DNA from: Leptospira sp.
GTDB lineage: Bacteria > Spirochaetota > Leptospiria > Leptospirales > Leptospiraceae
Direction: 5' to 3'
Assembly (NCBI GenBank): GCA_034439575.1
Contig: JAWXAQ010000007.1
Location: 128,001 to 192,000, forward strand
Length of the DNA stretch: 64,000 bases
In this document: one piece after another, positions 61,719 through 64,000 of the stretch
How the letters are laid out: every line of letters starts with the position of its first letter
Position numbering within the stretch: position 1 is the stretch's first letter
The notes under the pieces: generated by a model
The model's database searches: none
Seen by the model: the letters and a program-made list of their open reading frames with translations, nothing else
Told to the model about the DNA's origin: nothing
Made by a program: the position numbers and the translations under genes

Positions 61719-63071
61719 TTAGTTTACACTAACCGCTTGAGGCAATAAATTGTATTTCGCCTTAATCGTATTAATCTTTTCTTCCATTTCATTCCATAGA
61801 GTTTCCTTCTGTGGATGAAATGTACAATAAACACCTTGGCGCACTAAGTCGATCAATTCGTCCAAAGAAAAATCTAAAAAGCGATATAACTTAAAATACT
61901 CATAGGTGAGATTAACGTTAAAAATTTCTGGATCATCCGTATTGATTGATAACATCAGACCTTGGTCATAATAATAACGCACAGGATGGTTTTGTTCTTT
62001 GCGAACATATTTGCCTGTAAATACATTTGAAGTCACACAAATTTCGATAGGGATTTTGTTTTCTTTCATGTACTTCATAAGTTCAGGATCTTGAATCGCT
62101 GAAGTCCCATGACCGATCCGTTCCGCCTTACAAAGACTCACTGCATCCCATATTGCCCAAGGACCATCATCTTCACCAGAATGGGAAACACATCGTAGTC
62201 CTGCTTCCCTAGCCTTTTTAAATACTTCCGCATAATCTTTAGCAGGACCCATTAGCTCCGCGCCACCAAGACCTATACCAATCACTTCTTTATGTTTTAA
62301 ACCGAGAACTCGATTTAAATTGTTCATGGCATTGGCTGGACCAAAGGATCTAGAAACATCTACGAGTAGTCTAATAGTAATGCCATCTTTAACTTCGATT
62401 TGGCGAATGCGAGTTACCATTACTTCAACCATTTCATCAAAGTCTAAACCATTTTGAATGAACTTTGAAGGGGCAAAAAATGCTTCACAGTAAACAATAT
62501 TATTTGATCGCAAATAGTCTGCTAGACTATCTATAAAATATCCTAAGTCAGATGCTTCCTTTACAGCGCCTTGAACAAAAAAGAAAACCTGTATAAAACC
62601 ATTAAGATCTTTAAAGTTATATTTATCTTCAAATTCCTTATCAGTAACCTCTACGCCATTCTTCTTATAGAGGAATTTTAAAGTCTCTTTATTCACGCAT
62701 GCTTCTAGATGAAGGTGAATTTCTGTTTTTGGAATATCACGAATGAAATTGATGACGTCTTGTTCATTGGGATGAGGGAGAGATAAATCCCCTGCCAAAA
62801 GAGATTTTCTTTCTTTAAGGAAAGTAGCTTCCTCTGTTTGAAAGTTTCCAGTTTCTTTAGGGAAAAGCCATGACGGTGGATTTAAAACCGGCAGCTCCAT
62901 TAAAGAAACGCGCTCATTTAAGAGGGTATTGATTTGTTTATCAAAGGTTAATTGTAGAGACGGAGAATAAGGTCGATCCGCAGGTAAACGACCTTTTAGT
63001 CGGTTCAGTTCTGCGATGTCTCTGTCAATGACGGAGACTCTTTTAAGTATTTCTGAGAATTGAACTTCCAT
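61719..63071 (-). CDS. add: Adenosine/adenine deaminase-family enzyme with ~110-aa N-terminal extension
   Basis: PKTEIHLHLE, GLGGAE, HSGE, RIGHG, EICVTSN, NTDDP. Confidence 0.88.
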   Translation of the reverse strand: MEVQFSEILKRVSVIDRDIAELNRLKGRLPADRPYSPSLQLTFDKQINTLLNERVSLMELPVLNPPSWLFPKETGNFQTEEATFLKERKSLLAGDLSLPHPNEQDVINFIRDIPKTEIHLHLEACVNKETLKFLYKKNGVEVTDKEFEDKYNFKDLNGFIQVFFFVQGAVKEASDLGYFIDSLADYLRSNNIVYCEAFFAPSKFIQNGLDFDEMVEVMVTRIRQIEVKDGITIRLLVDVSRSFGPANAMNNLNRVLGLKHKEVIGIGLGGAELMGPAKDYAEVFKKAREAGLRCVSHSGEDDGPWAIWDAVSLCKAERIGHGTSAIQDPELMKYMKENKIPIEICVTSNVFTGKYVRKEQNHPVRYYYDQGLMLSINTDDPEIFNVNLTYEYFKLYRFLDFSLDELIDLVRQGVYCTFHPQKETLWNEMEEKINTIKAKYNLLPQAVSVN

Positions 63072-63220
63072 GTTCCTGGAAATTCTTTTGTTTTTGATGC
63101 CTACCTACAAGAATATTTTTATCAAACTTACGAATTTACCTATTTAGTGACGAAATTTCTTTCCGATGAGAGTAAAGGGAGCGGAAAAGACTGGAAATTT
63201 TTCCGAATTATGTCGTTTAG

Positions 63221-64000
63221 ATGAATATGCTTACCACTCGCAAAACTTTTCTTCCTTTTGCTTTGCCCTCTATCTCTGAAGAAGCGATAGAAGAAGTTGC
63301 CAACGTTCTGCGATCGGGCTGGGTAACATCTGGTCCTAAGGTAAAACAATTCGAAATGGAATTCGCTGATTTCGTGAATTCCCCGATTGCCATAGCGGTT
63401 AATTCCGCTACTGCTGGTCTCCATTTAGCACTAGAGGCAATTGGTTTAACAGAAAATGATGCTGTCATAACAAGCTCTGTTACTTTTACAGCAACGACTG
63501 AAGTTATTTGTTATTTTCAAGCCGAGCCCATTCTGACTGATGTTGACCCTATTAATAACCTCTTAACCCCTGAAACATTATTGGAAACGATAGACCGTGA
63601 TTGTTATTGGAACGGAAGCAATTTAATATCTAAAAAAACTTCGAAACAAGTGAAGGCAATTATGCCAGTACACCTAGCAGGTTACACTTGTGATATGGAA
63701 GCTATACTATCCATAGCAAAACGATATCGCCTCGTTGTGATAGAAGATGCTGCTCATGCTTTTCCCGCAGTTCATAAAAATAGAATGATCGGAAGTTGGG
63801 GTGATTATACAGTTTTTAGTTTTTATGCTACTAAAGGCATCACCACTGGTGAAGGTGGGATGATCACAACAAATGATCCTATTGCCGCTGATAGAATTCG
63901 TAAAATGCGACTTCACGGAATCAATCGTGATGCTTTCAATCGACCAGGTTGGTATTATGAAGTTGTCGAAGCAGGATTTAAATACAATTTATCTGATATC
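63221..64000 (+). CDS. DegT/DnrJ/EryC1/StrS PLP sugar aminotransferase, 3'-truncated by the window end (not in ORF track)
   Basis: MNMLTTRKTFLPFALP..LRSGWVTSGPKV..NSATAGLHLAL..MPVHLAG..IEDAAHA..SFYATKGITTGEGG; open to base 64000. Confidence 0.95.
   Translation, partial: MNMLTTRKTFLPFALPSISEEAIEEVANVLRSGWVTSGPKVKQFEMEFADFVNSPIAIAVNSATAGLHLALEAIGLTENDAVITSSVTFTATTEVICYFQAEPILTDVDPINNLLTPETLLETIDRDCYWNGSNLISKKTSKQVKAIMPVHLAGYTCDMEAILSIAKRYRLVVIEDAAHAFPAVHKNRMIGSWGDYTVFSFYATKGITTGEGGMITTNDPIAADRIRKMRLHGINRDAFNRPGWYYEVVEAGFKYNLSDI

Noticed and set aside
401-63916. The many short antisense or overlapping ORFs in the track (e.g. 25570..26070, 35719..36087, 59887..60324, 63140..63424)
   Set aside because: They are shadows of well-supported genes on the other strand or frame and carry no recognisable motifs.
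1-64000. CRISPR array, tRNA/rRNA, IS/transposase, integrase, prophage or anti-phage defence genes
   Set aside because: No regularly spaced repeats, cloverleaf patterns or matching protein motifs were seen; nearly all space is explained by the listed CDSs. tRNAscan, Rfam and DefenseFinder runs would confirm.

Overview
AT-rich bacterial chromosomal window, densely coding. Gene content and protein style (spirochete-type lipoprotein signals, many PAS kinases, an Amt-SpoIIE fusion) point to Leptospira; this is inferred, not searched. About 1-11 kb looks accessory: two decayed probable lipoprotein genes, an intact Ig-like/beta-propeller lipoprotein, GNAT, a short MetF, an Amt-PP2C fusion and a secreted EF-hand protein. 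About 17-64 kb is mostly housekeeping (pyrD, rlmD, argG, coaD, ndk, ispA, tlyA, amgK/murU-like, pgi, galK, mtnP, hom, hflX, MsbA-like ABC, trpG/pabA, acyl-CoA dehydrogenase, yebC, fabG, purB, add, a partial DegT-family aminotransferase), interleaved with signalling genes. I saw no tRNA, rRNA, CRISPR, IS or prophage. The best candidate for an undescribed system is 11.2-14.8 kb. It holds an O-carbamoyltransferase, an SxtJ-like membrane protein, a 50-aa membrane peptide missing from the ORF track that ends in a DltX-like acyl-shuttle motif (FIYTLF-stop), and a membrane-anchored SGNH protein. Together these suggest an MBOAT-free relay that carbamoylates an envelope polymer outside the cytoplasm. 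Other highlights: hflX appears to start at ATA; one STAS gene carries a 1-nt frameshift; kinase, phosphatase and STAS partner-switching parts are dispersed through the window; and there is an EAL/pseudo-receiver/crotonase operon.
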